DNA from: Thermanaerothrix sp.
GTDB taxonomy: Bacteria; Synergistota; Synergistia; Synergistales; Synergistaceae
DNA: 64,000 nt
Reading direction: 5' to 3'
NCBI GenBank assembly: GCA_026417795.1
Contig: JAOACP010000002.1
Coordinates: 1,331-65,330 of the forward strand
The notes beneath the pieces are model-generated. The model had not been told where the DNA came from and ran no database searches. It saw only the letters and a program-made list of their open reading frames with translations. The translations under genes and the position numbers were made by a program. This document shows, piece after piece, positions 33,616 through 43,292 of the stretch. Position 1 is the stretch's first letter. Every line of letters begins with the position of its first letter.

Positions 33616-35081
33616 TATGGCTGGTGGGGGCGGGATGCGGTTCCCCGAGGTGGCTCACCCTTGAGGCGCTGGAGGTCCTCTCCAGGGCCGAAGCGGTGGT
33701 TTACGACCGGCTGATACACCCGGACTCGCTGCTTTTAGCCCCCCGATCCGCCCTTTTCGTGGAGGCGGGCAAGCGGGGAGGGGACCACACCATGGGGCAG
33801 GAGGAGATAAACCGCCTTTTGGTGGACCTTGGCAGGCGCTTTGACCGGGTGGTCCGCCTCAAAGGCGGGGATCCATTCGTGTTCGGCCGGGGCGGCGAGG
33901 AGGCCATGGCGCTGGAGGCGGCGGGGCTGCCATGGCAAGGGGTGCCTGGCGTCACCGCCGCGCTGGGAGGTTTCCTAAGGGAAGGGGTGCCCCTTACCCA
34001 CCGCGGCGCGTCATCGGGGCTGTGCCTTGCCACCGGACAGCTGGGAAGCTCCGGCCACATGGCGGGCTACTTCGAGGGCGTGGTGGGCTTCAGGGGCTCC
34101 CGGGTGCTCTACATGTCCGCCTCCAACCTGGCCCAGAACCTGCGGAGCATGCTCTCCATGGGGCTGAATCCAGAAACACCGTGCGCGGTGCTATGCTGGG
34201 GGGGCTGGGGCAGGGCTAAACTTGAAAGGACCTCCGTCAGGGGGGCCATCGAAGCGGCAACGTCCAACGGCATCCCAAGCCCCTCGGTGATCCTCATAGG
34301 CGAAGCCGCAGCTTTGGGCCTACAGCCCGCAGAGGGGCCCCTCAAGGGGCTGCAGGTGGCGGTTTGCAGGCCCATGCCGGAGGGGTACCGCACGTCCCGG
34401 GCCCTTGAGGCCCTGGGGGCCGATGCCTTCACCTTGCCGCTGCTTGAGGAACGGGCAACCGCCGAAAAGGAACAGGTGGCGGGGGAGCTTAACAAGGCCC
34501 GCTGGTTGGTGTTCACAAGCCCAAGGGGGCCCAGGATTTTAAAGGACCTGATAAAAGACCTCCGGCTCATCCGCTGCTCCACCGCGGCTTTAGGACAGGG
34601 CACCGCCGCCGCCATGGAGGAGGCGGGCATCGGGGTGGACGCCGTGCCGGAGTTCCCAAGCAGCGACTCCCTGGCCAACCTCCTTCGGCGCGTAATAAAC
34701 CCCGGCGACCGGGTTCTGTTCCTTCGAAACCGCGTGGGCTCCGACGGGCCGGTCAAGGCGGTGATGGAAGCAGGAGGGGTCCCATCGGTGCTGCCCCTCT
34801 ACGAGATGACCCCAAGGGAGATGCCATGGATGGGGCTTGTAGAGGAACACTGGAAGGCCCATCCTCCTCACGGGGTGGTTTTCGGCTCCGCCGCCATGGC
34901 GGAGGAGTGGGCCCAGCGCTTTGGAGGCCTTCCCAAGGGAGCCCGGGCGGTGGCGTGGGGGGACCAGTGCGGGAAGGCCTGCGAAGGTCTTTTTGGAAGC
35001 TGCGTGGTCATGAAGACCCCGGACATGGAGGGCCTCACGGAGGCCCTGAAGGGTCTTGCGGCGGAGACGAGCCCCCGATAG
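33612..35081 (+). CDS. cobA/hemD: Fused uroporphyrinogen-III C-methyltransferase / uroporphyrinogen-III synthase
   Basis: N-half: LVGAGCGSPRWLTLEA, VRLKGGDPFVFGRGGEE, VPGVTAA. C-half (from about aa 250) is HemD-like. ATGA overlap with hemC. Confidence 0.85.
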   Translation: MIWLVGAGCGSPRWLTLEALEVLSRAEAVVYDRLIHPDSLLLAPRSALFVEAGKRGGDHTMGQEEINRLLVDLGRRFDRVVRLKGGDPFVFGRGGEEAMALEAAGLPWQGVPGVTAALGGFLREGVPLTHRGASSGLCLATGQLGSSGHMAGYFEGVVGFRGSRVLYMSASNLAQNLRSMLSMGLNPETPCAVLCWGGWGRAKLERTSVRGAIEAATSNGIPSPSVILIGEAAALGLQPAEGPLKGLQVAVCRPMPEGYRTSRALEALGADAFTLPLLEERATAEKEQVAGELNKARWLVFTSPRGPRILKDLIKDLRLIRCSTAALGQGTAAAMEEAGIGVDAVPEFPSSDSLANLLRRVINPGDRVLFLRNRVGSDGPVKAVMEAGGVPSVLPLYEMTPREMPWMGLVEEHWKAHPPHGVVFGSAAMAEEWAQRFGGLPKGARAVAWGDQCGKACEGLFGSCVVMKTPDMEGLTEALKGLAAETSPR

Positions 35082-35180
35082 GGGCGCTTAGATCATTCCC
35101 CGGGGCTTTATCACCGGGTGTTATGGCCGTTCGTCTAAAGGCGGCGCAAGAAAGGCGATCCAGGAGGGGATGAGGTAATC

Positions 35181-36467
35181 ATGGAGACCAACAGGGAGTG
35201 CTTTGAAAGGGCCCTACGGTGTCTGGTAGGAGGGGTGAACAGCCCTGTAAGGGCCTTTGGGGCGGTGGGGGGAGATCCAATTTTCTTCCGCTCCGCCAAG
35301 GGGTGCCGGCTGTTCGACGTGGAGGGCAGGTCTTACGTGGACTACGTTTGCAGCTGGGGCCCCATGATACTGGGGCACGGGGACCCCCACGTGCTTGAGG
35401 CCTTGACCCGCGCCGCCGGGGACGGGCTTTCCTTCGGCGCCTGCTCCCCCCTGGAGGCCCGGCTTGGGGAGATGATAAAGGCCAAGTTCCCATCCATAGA
35501 CAAGCTGCGCTTCACCTCCTCCGGCACCGAGGCGGTCATGGGGGCGGTTCGGCTGGCAAGGGGCTTCACCGGAAGGGATCTCATAATAAAGTTCGAGGGC
35601 TGCTACCACGGACATTCGGACTCGCTCCTGGTATCCGCTGGGAGCGGGGCTCTTACCTTCGGCACACCCTCGTCGCCGGGGGTCACCAGGGGCTGCGCGG
35701 CGGACACCCTGGTGCTTCCCTACAACCGCCTGGACCAGGTGGAGGCAGCCTTTGGCTCCCACAAGGACCGGATAGCGGCGGTGATAGTGGAGCCCTGGGC
35801 TGGGAACATGGGGCTTGTGCCCCCTGTGGAGGGTTTCCTCAAGGGGCTTAGGGAGATAACCGCCCATCACGGAGCCCTCTTGATCTTCGACGAGGTGATA
35901 ACCGGCTTTCGAGTCCCCGAGGGAGGCGTCCAGAACCTGGAGAGCATAGAGCCGGACATCACGTGCCTTGGGAAGATAATCGGCGGCGGAATGCCCGTTG
36001 GGGCCTTCGGCGGCAGGTCCCACGTGATGGCGCACCTTTCGCCGGAGGGGCCGGTCTATCAGGCAGGCACCCTTTCGGGCAACCCGGTGGCCATGGCTTG
36101 CGGGATAGCCACCCTTGAGCGGCTCACCCCCCAAGCTTACGAGGAGCTGGAGGCCAAGGGAGCGGCGCTGGAGGCGGCCATACGCAAGGCCGCCGACGAG
36201 GAAGGCCTAACAGTATCGGTGTCCCGCCTTGGCTCCGCCCTAGGACTCTTCTTCGGCCCCATGCCCAAGGACCTCGGGGACGTAAGGTCCACCCGGGTGG
36301 ATCTGTACCCCCTGTTCTTCCGCCACATGCTCCACGAGGGCTTCTACCTTCCTCCCAGCGCCTACGAGACCTTCTTCGTGTCCCTGGCCCACGACGACGA
36401 TGCCATAGCCTCCACCAAAGATGCCCTGCGCTCCGCCTTCCGCAAGATTAGGGGGCACATGGGATGA
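35181..36467 (+). CDS. hemL: Glutamate-1-semialdehyde 2,1-aminomutase
   Basis: GGVNSPVRAF, FDEVITGFR, LGKIIGGGMPVGAFGG. Confidence 0.93.
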   Translation: METNRECFERALRCLVGGVNSPVRAFGAVGGDPIFFRSAKGCRLFDVEGRSYVDYVCSWGPMILGHGDPHVLEALTRAAGDGLSFGACSPLEARLGEMIKAKFPSIDKLRFTSSGTEAVMGAVRLARGFTGRDLIIKFEGCYHGHSDSLLVSAGSGALTFGTPSSPGVTRGCAADTLVLPYNRLDQVEAAFGSHKDRIAAVIVEPWAGNMGLVPPVEGFLKGLREITAHHGALLIFDEVITGFRVPEGGVQNLESIEPDITCLGKIIGGGMPVGAFGGRSHVMAHLSPEGPVYQAGTLSGNPVAMACGIATLERLTPQAYEELEAKGAALEAAIRKAADEEGLTVSVSRLGSALGLFFGPMPKDLGDVRSTRVDLYPLFFRHMLHEGFYLPPSAYETFFVSLAHDDDAIASTKDALRSAFRKIRGHMG

Positions 36468-37441
36468 GCGCCCCCTTCCCCCTTTCAAGGCCCCGGCGGA
36501 ACCGCATAAACCCGGCAATAAGGGAGATCCTCCAGGAGACGGACGTAAAACCCAGCCACCTGGTGCTGCCCCTTTTCCTCGTGCCCGGCACCGGCGTGGT
36601 GGAGCCCGTGCGCTCCATGGAGGGGGTCTTCCGCTGGAGCTGCGACACGGTGCACCGGCCCGTGGAGGAGGCATTGGACGCAGGGGTAAGGTCCTTCCTC
36701 CTCTTCGGCATCCCATCCTACAAGGACGAATCTGGCTCCTCGGCGGACGATCCCTCCGAGCCGGTGCAGCGGGCCCTGGGGGAGCTCAGGTCCCGGTACC
36801 CAAAGGCATACCTCGTGAGCGACGTGTGCCTTTGCGAGTACACCTCCCACGGCCACTGCGGGGTACTCAAGGACGGGGCGATCCACAACGACTCCACGCT
36901 TGAAAGGCTCGCGTCGGTGGCCTTAAGCCACGCCAGGGCGGGGGCCCACGGTGTTGCCCCTTCGGACATGATGGACGGCCGGGTGCTGGCCATAAGGAAG
37001 GCCCTGGAGGACAACGGCTTCCATGACACCGCCATATGGAGCTACGCCGCCAAGTTCGCCTCCGCCTTCTACGGCCCCTTCCGGGAGGCGGCCCAAAGCG
37101 CCCCTTGCTTCGGGGACAGGAAAAGCCACCAACTGCCACCGCCCAACCGTCTGGAGGCCTTAAGGGACGCCCTCATGGACCAGGACGAGGGGGCGGATCT
37201 TTTGATAGTCAAGCCCGCTGGAACGTCGCTTGACATCATAAGGGACCTAAGGGAGATGTCCATGCTGCCCATAGGGGGCTACGTGGTAAGCGGCGAGCAC
37301 GGCATGCTGAAGTCCGCCATAGGCCAGGGGCTTGTAAGCTACGACGCCTATCTTGAGTACCACCGGTGCGTGCGCCGGGCGGGCTGTTCTGTGATAATAA
37401 CCTACGGGGCCGTGGAGCTGGCCCGGCAGATATCTATCTAA
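36464..37441 (+). CDS. hemB: Porphobilinogen synthase (ALA dehydratase)
   Basis: RPRRNRINPAIRE, cysteine-rich metal site DVCLCEYTSHGHCG, VAPSDMMDGRV, YAAKFASAFYGPFR. Confidence 0.93.
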   Translation: MSAPFPLSRPRRNRINPAIREILQETDVKPSHLVLPLFLVPGTGVVEPVRSMEGVFRWSCDTVHRPVEEALDAGVRSFLLFGIPSYKDESGSSADDPSEPVQRALGELRSRYPKAYLVSDVCLCEYTSHGHCGVLKDGAIHNDSTLERLASVALSHARAGAHGVAPSDMMDGRVLAIRKALEDNGFHDTAIWSYAAKFASAFYGPFREAAQSAPCFGDRKSHQLPPPNRLEALRDALMDQDEGADLLIVKPAGTSLDIIRDLREMSMLPIGGYVVSGEHGMLKSAIGQGLVSYDAYLEYHRCVRRAGCSVIITYGAVELARQISI

Positions 37442-37470
37442 TCTAAGCTAAGGCGGGTGAGCTTAAGATC

Positions 37471-38235
37471 ATGGAAGTACGTTACATAGATCCAAAGGCC
37501 CAGGTGGACCCAAGCGCCAAGATAGGCTTTGGGGTTGTCATTGAGGATGACGTCCTTATAGGCCCCAACGTGGAGATAGGGCACAACGTGGTGATCCACA
37601 GCGGGGTCCGAATGGGCCCCAACTGCAAGGTGGGGTCCAACACGGTGCTTGGCAAAAGGCCCGCCGCGTCGGCCATAAGCGCCACCACCTCCGCCCACAG
37701 GGAGCTGCCTCCCCTGGTCATAGGGGAGAACGTGACCATAGGGGCCCTTTGCGTTATATACCGGGGAGCGACCCTTAACCAGTGCGTGTTCGTGGGCGAC
37801 TTAGCCAGCATCCGGGAGGACGTGGCCATAGGGGAGATGACCGTGATAGGCCGGGGCGTCACGGTGGAGAACAGGGTGTCCATAGGAAAGAGGGTTAAGA
37901 TAGAGACCGAGGCATACATAACCGCCCTGTCCACCATAGGGGACTACTGCTTCATAGCCCCGGAGGTCACCTTTACCAACGACAACTTCCTGGGCCGCAC
38001 GGAGGAGCGGAAGAAGCACTTCGGAGGCCCCACCCTGCTCCGCGGCGCCAGGATAGGGGGCAACGCCACCCTGCTGCCGGGGGTGCAGATCGGGGAGGAC
38101 GCGCTGGTGGCGGCGGGGAGCGTGGTCACCAGGGACGTGCCCGCGGGGGTCATAGTAGCCGGCGTGCCGGCCCGGCTGCTGCGGCCGGTGCCCACGGAGC
38201 AGCTGCTCCAGAACCAGGCGTTCTACGACCGGTAA
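37471..38235 (+). CDS. Left-handed beta-helix (hexapeptide-repeat) sugar N-acetyltransferase, WbpD/PglD-like
   Basis: Repeated [LIV]G-x4 hexapeptides throughout (IGPNVEIGHNVVIHSGVRMGPNCKVGSN...). Sits at the start of the polysaccharide locus. Confidence 0.65.
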   Translation: MEVRYIDPKAQVDPSAKIGFGVVIEDDVLIGPNVEIGHNVVIHSGVRMGPNCKVGSNTVLGKRPAASAISATTSAHRELPPLVIGENVTIGALCVIYRGATLNQCVFVGDLASIREDVAIGEMTVIGRGVTVENRVSIGKRVKIETEAYITALSTIGDYCFIAPEVTFTNDNFLGRTEERKKHFGGPTLLRGARIGGNATLLPGVQIGEDALVAAGSVVTRDVPAGVIVAGVPARLLRPVPTEQLLQNQAFYDR

Positions 38236-38325
38236 GGGGAAAATAACTAACACCGCCGGGTGGTATCGTGTAAAATGTGCTTGCCCATTGCGCAAAAACA
38301 AGCTTACGATCCGAGGTAAACCGCG

Positions 38326-40164
38326 TTGACCAATAGAGAGCTTTACTTGAAGATGGCCCTGGACATATCCGCTGGGGCGCTGGTTTCCGTTCTGGCGCTC
38401 GTTCTGCGGTTAGGGTACCCAGTTCCAGGTGAGTTCCTATACTCCATACCCCACTACCTTGCGCTGTCCGGGGCCGGGAAGCTCGTTGCGGAGCTCCTGT
38501 GGAACCTTCACAGGCAGTCGTGGAAGGACGTCAGCATCCCAAACCTCAAGGACATCTTCAACGCCTCGGCGGCCAACCTCCTCATCACCTCCTCAGGCCT
38601 CTTCATGATGTCCACCTTGGCCAAGGTCCCAAGGAGCGTGCCGGTGATCGACTCCATCCTCTACGGGGTGATGCTTTGCGCTTTAAGGATATTAAGACGC
38701 AGGTTCTGGGAGAAAAGGCTATCCTGTGGCAAACTCATGGGGGTCATAATCGCCGGCGCCGGGGAAGCGGGCATATCCCTGGCCCGGGAGATGCTCAAGA
38801 ACCCTGCCATGGGGATGGAGCTAAAGGGCTTCCTGGACGACGACCCCCAAAAGCGGCTTACAACGTTCCTGGGGTACCCGGTGCTTGGCGGACTTGAGGA
38901 CCTTAAGGAGGCGGCGAAGAAGTCCGGGGCCTCCGAGGTGCTGATCGCCATGCCCTCCGCGGAGGGGCGAGTGGTAAAGCGGGTCCTTGAAGCCGCATCC
39001 TCCGCGGGGCTTAAGGCAAGGATAGTGCCGTCCTACTCGGAGATCGTCTCCGGCAAGGCCTCCATATCGCAACTTAGGGATGTGAACATAGAGGACCTGC
39101 TGCGACGGGAGCCGGTGCGGCTTGACCTTAGCTCCATACGGGGCTACGTAGACCACCGGGTGGTGATGGTGACCGGCGCCGGGGGCTCCATAGGAAGCGA
39201 GATAACAAGACAGCTGGCCCGGTTCTCCCCAGGCCTCATGGTGCTGGTGGGCAGGGGTGAGAACAGCCTCTTCCACCTCAAAAGGCACCTGAGCCGCATT
39301 GAAGGGTGCCCTCCCTTTAAACTGGTGGTGGCGGACGTGCGGGACCGGGAGAGGATCTCTCAGGTGATGGACCTTTACAAGCCGGAGGTGGTCTTCCACG
39401 CCGCGGCCCACAAGCACGTGCCCTTCATGGAGGAGAACCCCGAGGAGGCCATAAAGAACAACTTCCTGGGCACTAAGAACGTGGCCCGACTGGCCCTTGA
39501 GAAGGGCGTAAGGGTCTTCGTCAACATATCCACCGACAAGGCGGTGAACCCCACCTCCGTCATGGGGGCCTCAAAGCGGCTTGCGGAGATGGAGGTTTTA
39601 AGGTGCGCCGAGGCCGCAGGCCAGGATCGGTGTTTCGTGTCCGTGCGGTTCGGCAACGTATTGGGCAGTCGGGGCAGCGTGATACCCATCTTCAAGGACC
39701 AGATCCGAAGAGGCGGCCCCGTCACGGTCACCCACCCGGATATGAGCCGCTACTTCATGACCATACCGGAGGCGGCGCAGCTGGTGATCCAGGCGGGAGG
39801 CCTTGGGGAGAACGGCAAGGTGTTCGTGCTGGACATGGGAGAGCCCGTGCGCATAGCGGACCTTGCCAGGGATCTTATACTCTTAAGCGGCCTCCAGCCC
39901 GGGAAGGACATCACCATAGAGTACACCGGCGTAAGGCCAGGAGAGAAGCTGTACGAGGAACTGTTCACCCCCGAGGAGGGGACCATGGCGTCAAGGCACA
40001 GCAAGATCCTCATAGCCCCCAACCACAGGGTTCCAGAGGACTTTGAGGCCCTGTCGGAGGCGCTGGTGTCCGCGGCGCTCAAGGGAGATCCGGCGGCCGT
40101 AAGGGACATGCTAGCCAGGATCATACCGGGATGCCGGCTGGAAGGGACGAGCGGCCATGAGTAA
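38326..40164 (+). CDS. Membrane-bound UDP-GlcNAc 4,6-dehydratase family protein (CapD/WbpM/PglF-like)
   Basis: 4 N-terminal TM segments, two Rossmann regions (IIAGAGEAG; VMVTGAGGSIGSE), SDR-type core (HAAAHKHVP, STDKAVNP). TTG start. Confidence 0.85.
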   Translation: MTNRELYLKMALDISAGALVSVLALVLRLGYPVPGEFLYSIPHYLALSGAGKLVAELLWNLHRQSWKDVSIPNLKDIFNASAANLLITSSGLFMMSTLAKVPRSVPVIDSILYGVMLCALRILRRRFWEKRLSCGKLMGVIIAGAGEAGISLAREMLKNPAMGMELKGFLDDDPQKRLTTFLGYPVLGGLEDLKEAAKKSGASEVLIAMPSAEGRVVKRVLEAASSAGLKARIVPSYSEIVSGKASISQLRDVNIEDLLRREPVRLDLSSIRGYVDHRVVMVTGAGGSIGSEITRQLARFSPGLMVLVGRGENSLFHLKRHLSRIEGCPPFKLVVADVRDRERISQVMDLYKPEVVFHAAAHKHVPFMEENPEEAIKNNFLGTKNVARLALEKGVRVFVNISTDKAVNPTSVMGASKRLAEMEVLRCAEAAGQDRCFVSVRFGNVLGSRGSVIPIFKDQIRRGGPVTVTHPDMSRYFMTIPEAAQLVIQAGGLGENGKVFVLDMGEPVRIADLARDLILLSGLQPGKDITIEYTGVRPGEKLYEELFTPEEGTMASRHSKILIAPNHRVPEDFEALSEALVSAALKGDPAAVRDMLARIIPGCRLEGTSGHE

Positions 40165-40822
40165 TGATGGGGAGATAAAGCAGAGGACGCAGATTTACCG
40201 GCGCTTCCTCAAACGCCCCCTAGACCTTGCGCTGGTGCTTATCTCCCTTCCACTGACCCTGCCATTGATGGCCGTCACGGCGCTGATGGTGGGGATTTGC
40301 CTTGGCAAGCCGGTCATATTCAAGCAGGAGAGGGCGGGGCTTAACGGAAGGCCCTTCAAGCTCTACAAGTTCCGCACCATGACCGATGCCAAAGGCCCCT
40401 CGGGGGAGCTGCTCCCAGATGAGGTGAGGCTAACCAGGTTCGGCAGGTTCCTTCGAAGCACCAGCCTGGACGAGCTGCCGGAGCTCTTCAACGTCCTCAA
40501 GGGGGACATGAGCATCGTAGGTCCAAGGCCGCTCCCTACCTCTTACCTCAGCCGCTACAGCCCATTTCAGATGAGGCGCCACGAGGTGATGCCGGGCATC
40601 ACCGGCTGGGCCCAGGTGAACGGCCGAAACGCCCTGTGCTGGGAGAGGCGCTTTGAGATGGACGTTTGGTACGTGGACAACCTTTCGTTCCTTTTGGACC
40701 TTAAGATAATACTTTTAACCATGATAAAGGTTGCACTCCGGGAGGGCATATCCCAGGAGGGGCACGCCACCATGGAGGAGTTCAAGGGGGAAGGAGACAG
40801 AGAGCACATACCGCCCCTCTAG
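40157..40822 (+). CDS. Small (PglC-type) undecaprenyl-phosphate sugar phosphotransferase
   Basis: KRPLDLALVLISLPL re-entrant helix, FKQERAGLNGRPFKLYKFRTM, SLDELPELFNVLKGDMSIVGPRP. Confidence 0.88.
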   Translation: MSNDGEIKQRTQIYRRFLKRPLDLALVLISLPLTLPLMAVTALMVGICLGKPVIFKQERAGLNGRPFKLYKFRTMTDAKGPSGELLPDEVRLTRFGRFLRSTSLDELPELFNVLKGDMSIVGPRPLPTSYLSRYSPFQMRRHEVMPGITGWAQVNGRNALCWERRFEMDVWYVDNLSFLLDLKIILLTMIKVALREGISQEGHATMEEFKGEGDREHIPPL

Positions 40823-40841
40823 CCTGCCCCAGCCACACCTG

Positions 40842-41975
40842 TTAAATCAGGCTTTCGCAGATGCCGGCGTAGTCCTTAACCATTTTATTAACGTCCATGA
40901 CTTCAACCACATATCTTCTAGCCGCCTGTCCGATGGAAGATGCCTCTTTAGGACAAGCCAGCGCCTGGTCGATGAGCGCCGCAAGGTGTGCGGTGTCCCC
41001 CACCGGATAGAGCCACCCTCTTCGATCCTCCAAAAGGTCCACGGTGCCCCTGGCGTCCGCCCCTATCACCAGCTTCCCCATGGCCATGGCCTCGATGACA
41101 GCCCGGGGCAGCCCTTCCCTTGCGGAGGGAAAAACCATGCCAAGGGAACCTTGCAAAAGGGCTCTCACATCTTCACAGCTCCTATGTCCCGCAAACCTGA
41201 AGCGGTCCCAAAGACCAAGTTCGGCAACCCTTTGAGCCACTTGCTCCCTAAGTCTTCCGTCTCCCACCATGACCACCCGGCAGTTGCCGGCAACACCCTT
41301 AAGGGCTTGAACCATGTCCATGTGGCGCTTACCTGGGTTAAACTCCGCCACGTTCAGAAAATACGGGACCCCGTCATTGATCTTTAGTTCACCTAAAACG
41401 CCGCTAACCTGCTCCATAGACACCGCGGCAGGGTCAAAGAAGGATAGGTCCACCCCCACCCCGCTCACGAACTCTATCCTGGGTGCCAGGTTCATCCTCT
41501 TCGCCATGTCAAGGTCGTAGCGGTTCATGACGAACAGGACGTCGGTGAAGAAACCGCCCGCCTTCTCAAGGGCAGCGAACACACAGTTAGACACCGGATT
41601 GCCCTTTGGGTGGAAGTGGAAGCCGTGGGCGGTGTAGAGGATTTTAAACCCCAGATCCTTCCTCATGGGCCCTATGGCGAGCCTGGTCACAAGGGCCGCC
41701 ACCGGGGTATGAACGTGAACCAGGTCAAACCGGCGGGATCTTATAAGACATCTCATGATCTTCCACGCCCTGGCGTTGGAGATGTCAAATGGGCTTCTGG
41801 AAAAGGGGACTTCGAAAACCTCATCGAAAGCGGCTTTAAGCGCTGGGGATTTTTCAACCCCCTCCGCAGCGGCGCAAACCGCCCAGCCCCTGCGTCTTAG
41901 CTCCTCCACATAGGGCAGGTGGAAGGCCTCGAGGTGCACCGCAACCGAGGCCGCCATCAACAGCCGTCTTTTCAT
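40842..41975 (-). CDS. GT4-family glycosyltransferase
   Basis: GT-B pattern with C-terminal FPSAREGLPRAVIEAMAMGKLVI (EX7E). ATG 41975 lies just downstream of the aminotransferase stop; the listed start 42170 overlaps it. Confidence 0.8.
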   Translation of the reverse strand: MKRRLLMAASVAVHLEAFHLPYVEELRRRGWAVCAAAEGVEKSPALKAAFDEVFEVPFSRSPFDISNARAWKIMRCLIRSRRFDLVHVHTPVAALVTRLAIGPMRKDLGFKILYTAHGFHFHPKGNPVSNCVFAALEKAGGFFTDVLFVMNRYDLDMAKRMNLAPRIEFVSGVGVDLSFFDPAAVSMEQVSGVLGELKINDGVPYFLNVAEFNPGKRHMDMVQALKGVAGNCRVVMVGDGRLREQVAQRVAELGLWDRFRFAGHRSCEDVRALLQGSLGMVFPSAREGLPRAVIEAMAMGKLVIGADARGTVDLLEDRRGWLYPVGDTAHLAALIDQALACPKEASSIGQAARRYVVEVMDVNKMVKDYAGICESLI

Positions 41976-41989
41976 GTTTTCATGGACCC

Positions 41990-43147
41990 TTACTTGCCCC
42001 ATGCCCTTCTTAGGGCCCCTACAACCCTCTCCTGCTGCTCCTCCGTAAGGTTCGATCCGGAGGGAAGGCAAAGCCCCATGGAGAAGAGCCGATCCGATAC
42101 GCTTTCCCCTTCCAAATGGGGGAAGTACGCGCAGCCCTCGAACAGGGGCTGCAGGTGCATGGGCTTCCAAAGGGGCCGGGTCTCTATGTCCTCCTCCCCA
42201 AGCCTTTCCATGACGTTAAGAGGGGTTAAGCCGGAGGACGGGTCTATCAAAACCACCGTAAGCCACCGGTTGCTCCTGCCGTACGCAGCCTCGGGCATGA
42301 ACGATAAGCCGTGTAGATCGCCCAAGCTCTCCACGTAGCGGTCGAAGACATTGCGCCTTGCCTCGACCCTGGAGCTAAGGGCCTTGAGCTGGGCCCTTCC
42401 TATCCCCGCCAGCACGTTGCTCATCCTGTAGTTGTACCCCACCTGGCTGTGCTGGTACCAAGGGGCCTTGTCACGGGCCTGGGTGGCCCAAAAACGGGCG
42501 CGTTCTATGGCGTCTTCGTCGTCGGAAAGCAGCATGCCGCCGCCGCTGGTGGTTATTATCTTGTTCCCGTTGAACGACAGCACCCCAAGCCTCCCAAGGG
42601 ACCCGCACATCTTCCCCTTGTACGTGGCGCCCAGGGCCTCGGCGGCATCCTCCAGAACCGGTATGCCCTCCTCGCCGCACACCGAAAGTATGCCGTCGTA
42701 GTCGGCGCTTTGGCCGTAAAGGTCCACCGCCACCAACGCCTTGGGCTTGACCCCATCGTCCTTGAGGCGCTGGACCGCCCGCTTTAAAGCAGGAAGCGAC
42801 ATGTTCCAAGTGTCAGGGTCCGAATCGATAAAGACCGGCTTGGCGCCAAGGTAAAGTATGGGGTTTGCGGTGGCGGCAAAGGTCAATGTAGAACACAAAA
42901 CCACATCGTCGGGGCCCACGCCCAAGAGCTTGAGCCCCAAATGTATCCCCGCGGTGCCGGATGAAAGGGCCAAGGCGGACTTGACCCCCAGCACCTGTGC
43001 CATCTCCCTCTCAAAGGCCTCCACATGGGGCCCCAAGGGGGCCACCCAGTTGGTCCTGAAGGCCTCCTCCACGTAAGCCATCTCCTCGCCGGTCATGTGG
43101 GGGGAGGAAAGGTATATTTTATGGCAATAATAGCGTTCTTTCTTCAT
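41990..43147 (-). CDS. DegT/DnrJ/EryC1/StrS-family PLP-dependent sugar aminotransferase (WbpE/PglE-like)
   Basis: SSPHMTGEEMAYVEEAF, ALALSSGTAGIHL, SFNGNKIITTSGGGML (PLP-Lys region). Confidence 0.88.
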   Translation of the reverse strand: MKKERYYCHKIYLSSPHMTGEEMAYVEEAFRTNWVAPLGPHVEAFEREMAQVLGVKSALALSSGTAGIHLGLKLLGVGPDDVVLCSTLTFAATANPILYLGAKPVFIDSDPDTWNMSLPALKRAVQRLKDDGVKPKALVAVDLYGQSADYDGILSVCGEEGIPVLEDAAEALGATYKGKMCGSLGRLGVLSFNGNKIITTSGGGMLLSDDEDAIERARFWATQARDKAPWYQHSQVGYNYRMSNVLAGIGRAQLKALSSRVEARRNVFDRYVESLGDLHGLSFMPEAAYGRSNRWLTVVLIDPSSGLTPLNVMERLGEEDIETRPLWKPMHLQPLFEGCAYFPHLEGESVSDRLFSMGLCLPSGSNLTEEQQERVVGALRRAWGK

Positions 43148-43292
43148 GTTCGCATTCCCCCGTGCAATCTATGATGCAAAACAAACACCATAGCCACTTT
43201 AAATAAGAAACCGATCCCCAAGCCAACCACAAAATCCGCATGCGCAGCATACGCAACACAAAATGGCAATACATTCAAAAAACGAAAGCCAG

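Noticed and set aside
32661-33719. 352-aa ORF antisense to hemC
   Set aside because: S/A/R/P-rich artefact opposite a gene with canonical HemC motifs.
35214-36134. 306-aa ORF antisense to hemL
   Set aside because: Artefact of G+C-rich third positions; hemL is unambiguous.
43148-43292. Roughly 52-codon Cys/Leu/Trp-rich minus-strand frame upstream of the aminotransferase gene
   Set aside because: Short, without a convincing SD, running into the aminotransferase start region. More likely a 5' leader or promoter region.
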